Below, one piece after another: positions 19,534 to 28,206 of a DNA stretch of 64,000 nucleotides (the stretch's first letter is position 1; every line of letters starts with the position of its first letter). The position numbers were made by a program, and so were the translations under genes. Source of the DNA: an uncultured Opitutales bacterium (lineage in GTDB: Bacteria; Verrucomicrobiota; Verrucomicrobiia; Opitutales; Seribacteraceae); assembly GCA_943787575.1 (NCBI GenBank), contig CALSMY010000018.1, forward strand, positions 1,240-65,239, read 5' to 3'. The notes below the pieces were generated by a model, which did not search any database, was not told where the DNA came from, and saw only the letters and a program-made list of their open reading frames with translations.

Positions 19534-20944
19534 ATGCGCCAAAAGATTATATTTCTAAATTACAGGTTAGCTTGGATTACCTTTTTCATTTTTGGTTGGA
19601 ATGCGTTTGCAGAAAAAAAAGGTTTTTCACTTAGAGTTGATGAGGCCGACCTTGATCGTTCGGCGGCAAATCCTATACAGAGTTACTCGAACATTCTCGG
19701 TAAGGCTACTCCGGCAGTAGTTGCGGTTACTACCCAACAAGTTGTCAGAAGACTATATCCCGGTGCAGGTAATCCAATAGAGGATTGGTTTAGGCGTTAT
19801 TATGGACTCCCCCGAATAAATCAGCCAAGGATAGAAGAAGAAAAAGTACCTGCTGGCATAGGCTCTGGCGTGCTTGTTTCTCCGCAAGGCCATGTGGTAA
19901 CAAATGCACATGTTATCTCAGATCCAAGAACTGGAGAGTTAATGGAAGAAGTTGTGGTCAAGCTCGGTGAACAAAAGGAATACCCTGCAACAATCATTGG
20001 CTATGACCACACCACAGATATTGCTGTACTCAAGATCGAAGCTGACGAGGATCTCCCCTTCGCCACACTTGCCAATAGCGATCAGCTACAAGTCGGCGAT
20101 GTAGTTTTTGCCGTTGGTAATCCACTTGGAATTGGGATGACAGTTACTATGGGCATTGTCTCTGCCACAAGAAAATCGGAATTAGGGATTCTTCGTGAAG
20201 ATGGTGCTTATGAGAACTTTATTCAAACAGATGCATCGATCAATCGGGGTAATTCAGGCGGAGCCCTTTTAGATGCACAAGGAAGATTGGTTGGTATTAA
20301 TACGGCTATTATTTCACAAACAGGTGCCAGTATAGGAATTGGGCTGGCAATACCTGTTAATATGGTACGACGGGCACTTACTGATTACATGGAGGAAGGT
20401 AAAATACGAAGAGGTTTTCTAGGAGTGTCCTTAGAGCCAGGTCCTAATGGAAGTGCTGCAGTTGTCGCTAGTGTGGTCTCTGGAAGTGCGGCGGACGAGG
20501 CAGGTTTTTTGGCTAATGATAAGATTGTAAAAGTAGGAAAAAAGCTCGTTTATTCAGTGAACCAAGCTAGGGTGGCTATTTCTCAAACCTTGCCAGGGGC
20601 TCAAATTCAAATCGAAGTTTTAAGAAATGGAGAACCCGAAACGCTCTATGTAACTCTTGGGTCAATGTCAGAGGGAATTGTTCCTATTCCAGGTCTTGAT
20701 TTGACTAGTTCTTACTCTTCAAAACCGAGAAGAATTTGATATTCCCGATTCTGTTAGAGGTGTTTTAGTTTCTCGTTCTTCTGGAGAAAATGAAACATTT
20801 AAAAAGGGTGTGGTCCTAGTAGAAATTAATGGTTCTCAGATACTTGATGTGGGCGATGTTTCTGAAAACCTATATTCCGGAATTAATCGGTTTTATGTTT
20901 GGTACCGTGGAAATTACAGATTTCTTGCATATCGCATTCCGTAA
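19534..20944 (+). CDS. HtrA/DegP-family serine protease with PDZ domains (frameshift near 20705)
   Basis: GSGV, VTNAHV, DIAVLKI, IQTDASINRGNSGG; the +1 frame continues with a second PDZ-like segment (FDIPDSVRGVLV...YRIP) to TAA 20944. Confidence 0.92.
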
Positions 20945-20999
20945 CTTGAATTATGCAGTTTGAAATAATTTTGGAGTCAAACCTTATACATCATTTGGT

Positions 21000-21569
21000 T
21001 TAGCTTCCCGGTTTGGTAGCCGGTATACTTTGCAAATGTTCGGGTAACATATCTACTGAATAGGTTGGGAAATTCATTTTCAGAAGAGACATAAATGTAA
21101 TACCGAAATTGATTGGCTCAACACTACGATCCACTAGGGACACAGCACCTAAAAAATCACAGGGATGATTGTTTATTATGTTGATCGCTTCCTGAACTCT
21201 TCCGCCTTTGGTCACGACATCTTCAACTAAAAGTACACGGTCTTTCGGATGAATCATAAAGTTTCTTCTCAAGGCAAGCTTGTCGTTCACTTTTTCCAAA
21301 AAAATGAAACGAGAACCAAGTTGCCTTGCCATTTCTTGCCCAATTACTAGTCCGCCCATTGCTGGAGCAATGATTAAATCAACCTGACTCCAAGGAATCT
21401 TTTCGATAAGCAGTTCAGCTAGTCTTTTGACTTTATCTAAATGCTGGCAAACTTGGGCACATTGGAAAAAATGCTCGCTTCTTAATCCTGAACGTAAAAT
21501 GAAATGACCCTTGAGCAGAGCATGCGTTTCTTCAAAAATTGAAATGACTTCTTTATCAGTTTGATTCAT
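21000..21569 (-). CDS. pyrE: Orotate phosphoribosyltransferase
   Basis: GHFILRSGLRS, PAMGG, VEDVVTKGG PRPP-binding loop. Confidence 0.93.
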   Translation of the reverse strand: MNQTDKEVISIFEETHALLKGHFILRSGLRSEHFFQCAQVCQHLDKVKRLAELLIEKIPWSQVDLIIAPAMGGLVIGQEMARQLGSRFIFLEKVNDKLALRRNFMIHPKDRVLLVEDVVTKGGRVQEAINIINNHPCDFLGAVSLVDRSVEPINFGITFMSLLKMNFPTYSVDMLPEHLQSIPATKPGS

Positions 21570-21754
21570 TGTAAAGACTTAGCAAAGAACAAGGCTTTCA
21601 TTGAAGCAATCCAATTTACAAATAAGAATATTCTTTTTGAGTTTCCCGGTTATCTGCTGTCGGTCAACTTTGCTTTTCAGTGAATGAAATTAAGCATGAG
21701 ATGTATTTGCAGTTCCTTATTTATCCCATAGCATTGGATATGAAAATAATTAAG

Positions 21755-22024
21755 ATGAACTGGTCAAAAGAACTTTGGTTTGCACTGCTATTTATTTCCG
21801 TTGGCTTTACTGTTTGGCCTTTGATGGTGTACTATTTAGGACTTGCTCTTGGAATAAGTTTTTTTGAGAGCACGACATTAAGAGTTTGGGCAGAACAAAT
21901 GGTTTATGGACCATTGGGACAGTTCAGTTTGCTCTTCCTGCGAAGCCTTACCTTTCTTTTCACTCCATATTTGTTTTTTAATTTTTTACGATTAATCCTC
22001 TGCAAGGCAGGCCAAGAGGTCTAA
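21755..22024 (+). CDS. Small hypothetical membrane protein
   Basis: Two hydrophobic segments; start at MNWSKE is uncertain. Confidence 0.55.
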   Translation: MNWSKELWFALLFISVGFTVWPLMVYYLGLALGISFFESTTLRVWAEQMVYGPLGQFSLLFLRSLTFLFTPYLFFNFLRLILCKAGQEV

Positions 22025-22029
22025 TCTTT

Positions 22030-23781
22030 TTATACCAGTTTTTCCTGCAGGTTGCAGTATTTGGCATATGCTCCATCAAGCATCATTAATTCTGGATGCG
22101 TACCTTTTTCAAGAATTTGGCCCTTTTCTAAAAAGATAATTTCATCAGCTTCACGAATAGTACTGAGTCGATGGGCTATAATAAGTGTTGTTTTATCTTT
22201 AATTAAATCATGTAGTGCTTGCTGGATTTGTCTTTCTGTATCCACATCTACACTTGATGTTGCTTCATCTAAGATAAGGATGGGTGAAGATTTAAGCATA
22301 GCTCGAGCAAGGGTCAGTCGTTGTTTTTCACCCATGCTCAACCTTACCCCTCTTTCTCCAATTAAAGTATTCATACCTTCAGGCAATAGCCTCACAAATT
22401 CCCAGGCGTGAGCTGCTTGTAAGGCTCGTTGTAATTCATCTTCGCTCGCATTTTCTGATGCTAAGAGTAGATTCTCCCTGACGGATGTATCGAAGAGAAA
22501 AGGGTCTTGAGAAACCAAACCGATATGAGTCCTTAATTCACTTAAGGAGAGCTGGCTTACATTTTTTCCGCCAATGGTAATATTTCCCTCATCCACATCA
22601 TAATAACGAAGTAACAAACTAGCGATTGTACTCTTGCCGGCTCCTGTGGGCCCGACTAAAGCGGTGGTTGAGCCGTGCGCCAAGGTAAAGGATAGGTCCT
22701 TAACCACAGGACTTCTTTCAGCATAAGAGAAACTTACTTTGGAAAATTTAATTTCTTGTTCGATAAGGGGGAATGGAACTGGGTGGGTAGGACTTTCGAC
22801 CTCAATAGGAGCGTCTAAGATTTCAAAAACTCTTTCGCCCGAGGCTTTTCCTGCAGCGACAAGATTATTAATTCCAACAAGTTGTCTAATTGGTTCGTAA
22901 AACATATTGGCGTAAAGTAGGAACGCGAAAAACTGGCCATTTGAGAATGTAGGGTCTGTTTCGAGTAAGTACGCACCCATTCCAACCACACCAAGAATCC
23001 CTAAGGAGGAAGTAAAGCTAGCCCCTGGGCCTTGAATGGACCAACGGTACATCGCGGTGAGGGAAACCTTTTCGAGCTCCCGGGCAATCTTTGCAAATCT
23101 TTTTCGTTCACGGAGCATAAGTGCGAAAGATTGAATTAATCGATTCCCTTGAATATCTTCGACCAAGAGGGAGTTGAGTTCTCCAGATTTATCGCGAACC
23201 GCACGCCAGTTTTTCTTCGATACACGGGCGTATTGATATGCCATCCAACCCAAGATGGGGAGGGGTAGAAAAACTATAATCGCAAGCCTTGGTTCTTGAA
23301 AAAACATCATTGCAGATACACCGACCAAGGTCAGCACCGCAATCACTCCCTGTTCGGTCCCGTCTAAAATCGCTCGTTCCACACTTTGTACATCTTCCAA
23401 TACTCGAGAGGAAATATCACCGCTCTTCCGACGATCATAAAAATTGATTGGTAAACGCAGTAGTTTGTCGTGAAGATCTTGTCGCAAGCGATAGATTACA
23501 TGTTGTTCGAGCTTGTTGTTGATGCGAATTCGAAAGCAGTTCAATAATTCCTTTAAAAAAAATATGCCAGCGATTAGGAAAATTCCCTTTATTAGTAATT
23601 TTCCGTCCCCAATACCCTTTGTAAATACATTGTCCAAAACTTGCTGAATGACAGAGGGTGCCAATACTGATAACAAAGTCATTACACAGGCTAATGTCAA
23701 AGTTCCTCCAAAAAGTAGCTTGTGAAAAAGTATATAGGTACTAACTCTTGAAATTACTTTTGTCTTTTTGGTTTGGCACAT
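22030..23781 (-). CDS. ABC exporter, fused TM + ATPase (MsbA-like family)
   Basis: GPTGAGKST, LSMGEKQRL, ILDEATSS, IAHRLST; N-terminal TM domain. Confidence 0.93.
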   Translation of the reverse strand: MCQTKKTKVISRVSTYILFHKLLFGGTLTLACVMTLLSVLAPSVIQQVLDNVFTKGIGDGKLLIKGIFLIAGIFFLKELLNCFRIRINNKLEQHVIYRLRQDLHDKLLRLPINFYDRRKSGDISSRVLEDVQSVERAILDGTEQGVIAVLTLVGVSAMMFFQEPRLAIIVFLPLPILGWMAYQYARVSKKNWRAVRDKSGELNSLLVEDIQGNRLIQSFALMLRERKRFAKIARELEKVSLTAMYRWSIQGPGASFTSSLGILGVVGMGAYLLETDPTFSNGQFFAFLLYANMFYEPIRQLVGINNLVAAGKASGERVFEILDAPIEVESPTHPVPFPLIEQEIKFSKVSFSYAERSPVVKDLSFTLAHGSTTALVGPTGAGKSTIASLLLRYYDVDEGNITIGGKNVSQLSLSELRTHIGLVSQDPFLFDTSVRENLLLASENASEDELQRALQAAHAWEFVRLLPEGMNTLIGERGVRLSMGEKQRLTLARAMLKSSPILILDEATSSVDVDTERQIQQALHDLIKDKTTLIIAHRLSTIREADEIIFLEKGQILEKGTHPELMMLDGAYAKYCNLQEKLV

Positions 23782-23832
23782 GTTTATAATTAAAAACAAA
23801 CACACAATACTTTTCTTAACTATATTACAAAC

Positions 23833-24285
23833 TTGGACTCTAAAATCATTCACGGACCGACCGGAGCTACTTTACTAGACCTCCCCTCCCCTTATGAGGC
23901 CCATTCATCGGGTCTCCTTCACCTGCCCAGGTTTTTGGCAAAAATTCGCAAACATTTGCAAGGGACTTTACCTAAAAGTTACCAACGGAATTTTACTAAA
24001 GGTTTTGATGGTTTTCTTTGTCTTCATTTAGGACTTGAAGCTGAGCAGATCATTGCTTGCGTACAAAAGGCCAAGAGCGAAGAAGAATTACATCATCGCT
24101 TAGAGGAGCTTTTACCAAAGGATTTAAGAGTTCATGAATGGAACCGTCGAGTGGTACAAATCGGAATGTCCGATATGGCACTCGAAAAATTACAAGAAAT
24201 TAAAGAAGGCTTGGGTGCCTCAGATCGCGATGAATTACGCTCTTTTGCTGATGTGATTGATTTCGATGAACAAAAAATAACTTAG
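23833..24285 (+). CDS. DUF5069-like protein
   Basis: LPSPY...GLLHLPRFLAKIR...G.LP..Y...GFDGFLC.HLG pattern; C-terminal DVIDFDE. Confidence 0.7.
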   Translation: MDSKIIHGPTGATLLDLPSPYEAHSSGLLHLPRFLAKIRKHLQGTLPKSYQRNFTKGFDGFLCLHLGLEAEQIIACVQKAKSEEELHHRLEELLPKDLRVHEWNRRVVQIGMSDMALEKLQEIKEGLGASDRDELRSFADVIDFDEQKIT

Positions 24286-24300
24286 TATTCAGTCTTAAAG

Positions 24301-25743
24301 TTAAACACGCTTGACTGTAAGAAGCGTTAAGTCATCTCGATCATGGCTTTGTGGACTAAATTTATTTAAATCCTGAATAATTTTTTGATTGATAGATTGG
24401 GGATCAAGGCTCGCATGCTTAATGAGTTCATCTTTTAGACGAGAAACCCCAAATTCTTCCTTTTCTTGGTTACTAGCTTCAGTTACACCATCGGTGAACA
24501 AACAGAGCAAGTCACCGACGGAAAAATCAGTTTCTTCGTTTTTGATGAGACCAGAAAATAAATCCGGCTCGACCATACCCAGTGCCATACCGTTACCTCT
24601 TAATTCCACCACTTCGTTGCTGGTGGTAGATGCTTTTACAAGTAAACCTGGCTCGTGACCGGCGCGTGCGTAGGTTATTTTATTGGAACGAGTATCGATT
24701 ACGGCAAGGAAAAGAGTGATAAACATATCCTTACGAATTCTTGAAAAAAGCTCTTCATTTAAAAGGACAAGAACTTCAGAGGGCGATCGATTTTTATGAA
24801 CTAAGTGCTTAAGGTGGGTTTGGCATAAGGCCATAAGCAGTGATGCAGGCACTCCCTTCCCTGAGACATCTGCAATACATAGGCAAAACTTGTGAGAAGA
24901 TAGCTTGTAAAAGTCGTAAAAGTCACCGCCTACTTGAGCTGAGGGTACATACCTTGCATCGATTTCCAGTCCTTTGCTAGGAGGAAAGACTCGGGTTAAA
25001 AAGAGCTCCTGAACATCATGAGCAAGCTTAAGGTCACCATCCATTCGGTTTTTTTCAAATCGAAGGTTCATAGCGTCCGAATTTTTGATAGCTAGAGCAG
25101 CTTGTTCACCCAATGAATTAATCATCGAAAAGTCTGTTTCAGAAAAAGAAAGTCCACTGGAGGGGTTCGCTACAGCGAGAACTCCCATCGTTTGGTCATC
25201 ATGAATTAGGGGCGAAAAAACCATAGAGCGGACAGATAAAGAGGTATCCTTGTGTTTTATAATTCTAGGGTCCTCAATGGCATGTGGAACAAACACTGGC
25301 TTGCCGGTTTTGGCTACTTGACCAACAATACCTTCTCCTGCTTCTAAAATTTCAGAGTTTAATATTTTTTCAATGAAACGTGCCCTTGGGGAGGTTTTTT
25401 CTTCCGGGTTAGTCTTAATGGCTCGCTGGGGAGGGAAAAGCCCTTCAACTGCAACTCCTTTTAACCTTCCGTTAGGAAGCTTTTCATAAATGCATGCACT
25501 TATTGCCCCGGTTGTAATAACAGCAGTATGAACAATTCGTTGGTAGAGGACTTTTCTTTCAACCCCTTCACCAATGGCCTCAGCCAAGTTGTGCATAAAT
25601 TCAACTGCAATTTTCTTTTCCTGCGAGAGTTGATTTTTTTGCTGCAATAATTTTTTACGAGAAATTTGCCAACGCCTTCGGCCAATAACCCAAAAACAAA
25701 GACCGATCATCAATCCGCCAAAAAACCAAATTAAAGAGTACAT
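24301..25743 (-). CDS. GAF + PP2C/SpoIIE (RsbU-like) Ser phosphatase with N-terminal TM
   Basis: VGGDFYD, IADVSGKGVPASLLM, RAGH, FTDGVTEA, DDLTL. Confidence 0.93.
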   Translation of the reverse strand: MYSLIWFFGGLMIGLCFWVIGRRRWQISRKKLLQQKNQLSQEKKIAVEFMHNLAEAIGEGVERKVLYQRIVHTAVITTGAISACIYEKLPNGRLKGVAVEGLFPPQRAIKTNPEEKTSPRARFIEKILNSEILEAGEGIVGQVAKTGKPVFVPHAIEDPRIIKHKDTSLSVRSMVFSPLIHDDQTMGVLAVANPSSGLSFSETDFSMINSLGEQAALAIKNSDAMNLRFEKNRMDGDLKLAHDVQELFLTRVFPPSKGLEIDARYVPSAQVGGDFYDFYKLSSHKFCLCIADVSGKGVPASLLMALCQTHLKHLVHKNRSPSEVLVLLNEELFSRIRKDMFITLFLAVIDTRSNKITYARAGHEPGLLVKASTTSNEVVELRGNGMALGMVEPDLFSGLIKNEETDFSVGDLLCLFTDGVTEASNQEKEEFGVSRLKDELIKHASLDPQSINQKIIQDLNKFSPQSHDRDDLTLLTVKRV

Positions 25744-25760
25744 ATTTTCTAGTAACTAAT

Positions 25761-26249
25761 CTATCCCTCTTTTTTTTGTTCAAGGTAGCTAACGACATCT
25801 GAGAACACTTTTAGGTTTTTTTCATTGAGATTCATCAGGGCCTTGTGAGCTTTGTATATGGTATCGGAGTTGGCATTCGATTGGGAAGATTTAATGGCAA
25901 GGTTTTCAAGCTGCACTTCATCCTTTATTTCATCCGAACTTACATTTGCAATCTGATGAATCCCCAAGTTGCATACAGTTTCTAAATTTCTTCCTCGTAG
26001 GTTGAGTAAAGAAATACTGCCCTCATCAGCAGCACTGCGGATTTTCAGAGCGACACTTACTAAGATGCCCAGGAAAGTACTGTCCATACTTGAGCAATCA
26101 TCAAAATCAATCACATATCTTTTTTGTCCCTTCTTACCCTGTTCTTCAAAAAAATTTCGAAGAGGTTCACAATTTAAGTAGGAAGCTTTGTTAAGAACCT
26201 TTACGAAAGCTCGGTCTGGTGTGACATGAACTCGATAATTAATGTCCAC
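25761..26249 (-). CDS. STAS-domain anti-sigma-factor antagonist
   Basis: IDFDDCSSMDSTFLGIL phosphoacceptor motif; directly upstream of the RsbU-like gene. Confidence 0.88.
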   Translation of the reverse strand: MDINYRVHVTPDRAFVKVLNKASYLNCEPLRNFFEEQGKKGQKRYVIDFDDCSSMDSTFLGILVSVALKIRSAADEGSISLLNLRGRNLETVCNLGIHQIANVSSDEIKDEVQLENLAIKSSQSNANSDTIYKAHKALMNLNEKNLKVFSDVVSYLEQKKEG

Positions 26250-26401
26250 TTCTGTAAACTGTTATGCTCTAACTTTCTCACAATCGGAGAAGCATGCATG
26301 TATTGATTTATAAGGAGAGCAAGTCACGATTGAGATTTTACTATCCTTGGCTTTGCGGGTTCTATGAACTTATGAATACCCTTCAAGCTATGTTTTTAAA
26401 A

Positions 26402-26869
26402 TTAAAGAACTCCTTTGATTTGTGTAAAGTCAGGAAGTTGTTTTGGATCATCGGAAGACCAGGCCAGGGCTACGGTGCCTTCTTTAGAAACAACAAAAGC
26501 AGAACGCTTTGATACACCTTGAAAGCCGATAAAATCTTCATACAGCACACCGTAACTTTTGGATACTTCCTTGTTGAAGTCACTAAGTAAAGGGAAGTTT
26601 AAACCTTCCTTGATCGCCATTGCTTCCTGTGCGAAGGGACTATCTACGCTAATTCCATACACCTTTGCATTTAATTCTTCGTAAGCTTTCAGGTCGTCCC
26701 TAACCGAACAGGCTTCTGCCATGCATACACTGGTAAATGCAAAAGGAAAAAAGAGTAAAACTACATTGGATTCGCCTTTGTGTTCGCTAAGGGTGACATC
26801 CTTAAGTCCGTCAGCGGTTTTGGTTTTGAGTGTGAAGTCTGGGGCGATTGCGCCAATTTCTAAGGTCAT
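26402..26869 (-). CDS. Peroxiredoxin (BCP/AhpE-like)
   Basis: APDFTL, FPFAFTSVCMAEAC (PxxxTxxC with CxxxxC), GISVDS, PLLSDF; start moved to ATG 26869. Confidence 0.92.
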   Translation of the reverse strand: MTLEIGAIAPDFTLKTKTADGLKDVTLSEHKGESNVVLLFFPFAFTSVCMAEACSVRDDLKAYEELNAKVYGISVDSPFAQEAMAIKEGLNFPLLSDFNKEVSKSYGVLYEDFIGFQGVSKRSAFVVSKEGTVALAWSSDDPKQLPDFTQIKGVL

Positions 26870-27019
26870 TTTGTCTCTTGGGTAAGGGTTATAAGAAGAG
26901 TTTAAATTGGTAAGGTTACAGAGGTTTCTTGCAAGCTGAATCATAACAGAAAAGAATGAGTCTTTCGTATTCTTCGCTCGTAGAAGTAGCACAATTTATT
27001 TATAGAGATCAAATTCGTA

Positions 27020-28195
27020 ATGATTGAGAATAAGTTGTTGGAAAATGCAGAGGTTATAATTGGGCAAGATGAATTGCTCGATAACCTTAAGCAGGGGCGT
27101 AAATTAAAGATTAAGTTTGGGGTTGATCCGACTCGTCCTGATTTGACTTTTGGGCACTTGGTTGTGTTCAATAAACTAAGGCAATTTCAAGATGCAGGTC
27201 ATGAAGCCATTTTATTAATTGGTGATTACACTGCTCGAATTGGCGACCCGAGTGGGCGTTCTGAATTGCGCCCTGAATTAACGGAGTCTGCAGTTAACCA
27301 AAATGCCACTACTTACCTCGAGCAAGCTTTCAAGATACTTGACGAGTCTAAAACTGTGGTTCGCAGGAACAGTGAATGGTTTGGTGAGATGAGTTTTGCT
27401 GATGCCCTTTCTCTTACTCGAAGTATGACGGTGGCACGAATGCTAGAAAGAGATGACTTTGAAAAACGTTTTAAATCCAATCAGCCAATTTCAATGGTAG
27501 AATTTATGTATCCGTTGATTCAAGGTTACGATTCAATTGTCTTGGAGTCCGATGTTGAACTGGGTGGAAATGATCAACTCTTCAACATGTTAGTGGGCAG
27601 AAACTTGCAGAAAGAAAAAGGATTGCCCCCGCAAGCGGTGATTACATTACCTTTACTTGTTGGATTGGACGGCTCTAAAAAGATGTCTAAAAGCTACGAT
27701 AATTACATCGCTTTTAATGATTCGGCTAAGGATATGTTTGGAAAAACGATGTCTATTTCCGATGAAGTGATGTGGGATTATTATCGCCTGTTGTTACTCA
27801 AAGACGAATCTGAATTGAAGGGACTCAAGCATTCTCACCCAATGGAGACTAAGAAACAATTGGCACGAGAACTTACCTCTGTTTTTTTTGGTGATAAAAG
27901 AGCTGATGAAGAATTGTGTGCTTTTTCCCAGGTTTTTTCAAAAGGAGAGGACCCAAAAGACATGCCTGAAATTTCTATTTCTCAAGGTTTGTCAGAACCT
28001 CCAACCCTTATAAACATTCTTTCTAAATCTGGACTATTTGAATCAAAAGGTCAAATTCGCCGATTGATCAAACAAGGAGCTGTTAAATTAGAAGGTGAAA
28101 AAGTAGATAGCCCAGATATTGACTTGGCAACTCTGTCAGCATCCCCAAAAATTCTTAAAGCGGGCAAGAAAATCTTCCTGCGAATAAAGCCATAA
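27020..28195 (+). CDS. tyrS: Tyrosine--tRNA ligase
   Basis: GVDPTRPDLTFGH, YPLIQGYD, GGNDQLFN, KMSKS, C-terminal S4 domain. Confidence 0.96.
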   Translation: MIENKLLENAEVIIGQDELLDNLKQGRKLKIKFGVDPTRPDLTFGHLVVFNKLRQFQDAGHEAILLIGDYTARIGDPSGRSELRPELTESAVNQNATTYLEQAFKILDESKTVVRRNSEWFGEMSFADALSLTRSMTVARMLERDDFEKRFKSNQPISMVEFMYPLIQGYDSIVLESDVELGGNDQLFNMLVGRNLQKEKGLPPQAVITLPLLVGLDGSKKMSKSYDNYIAFNDSAKDMFGKTMSISDEVMWDYYRLLLLKDESELKGLKHSHPMETKKQLARELTSVFFGDKRADEELCAFSQVFSKGEDPKDMPEISISQGLSEPPTLINILSKSGLFESKGQIRRLIKQGAVKLEGEKVDSPDIDLATLSASPKILKAGKKIFLRIKP

Positions 28196-28206
28196 GCTTT
28201 AAAGGC

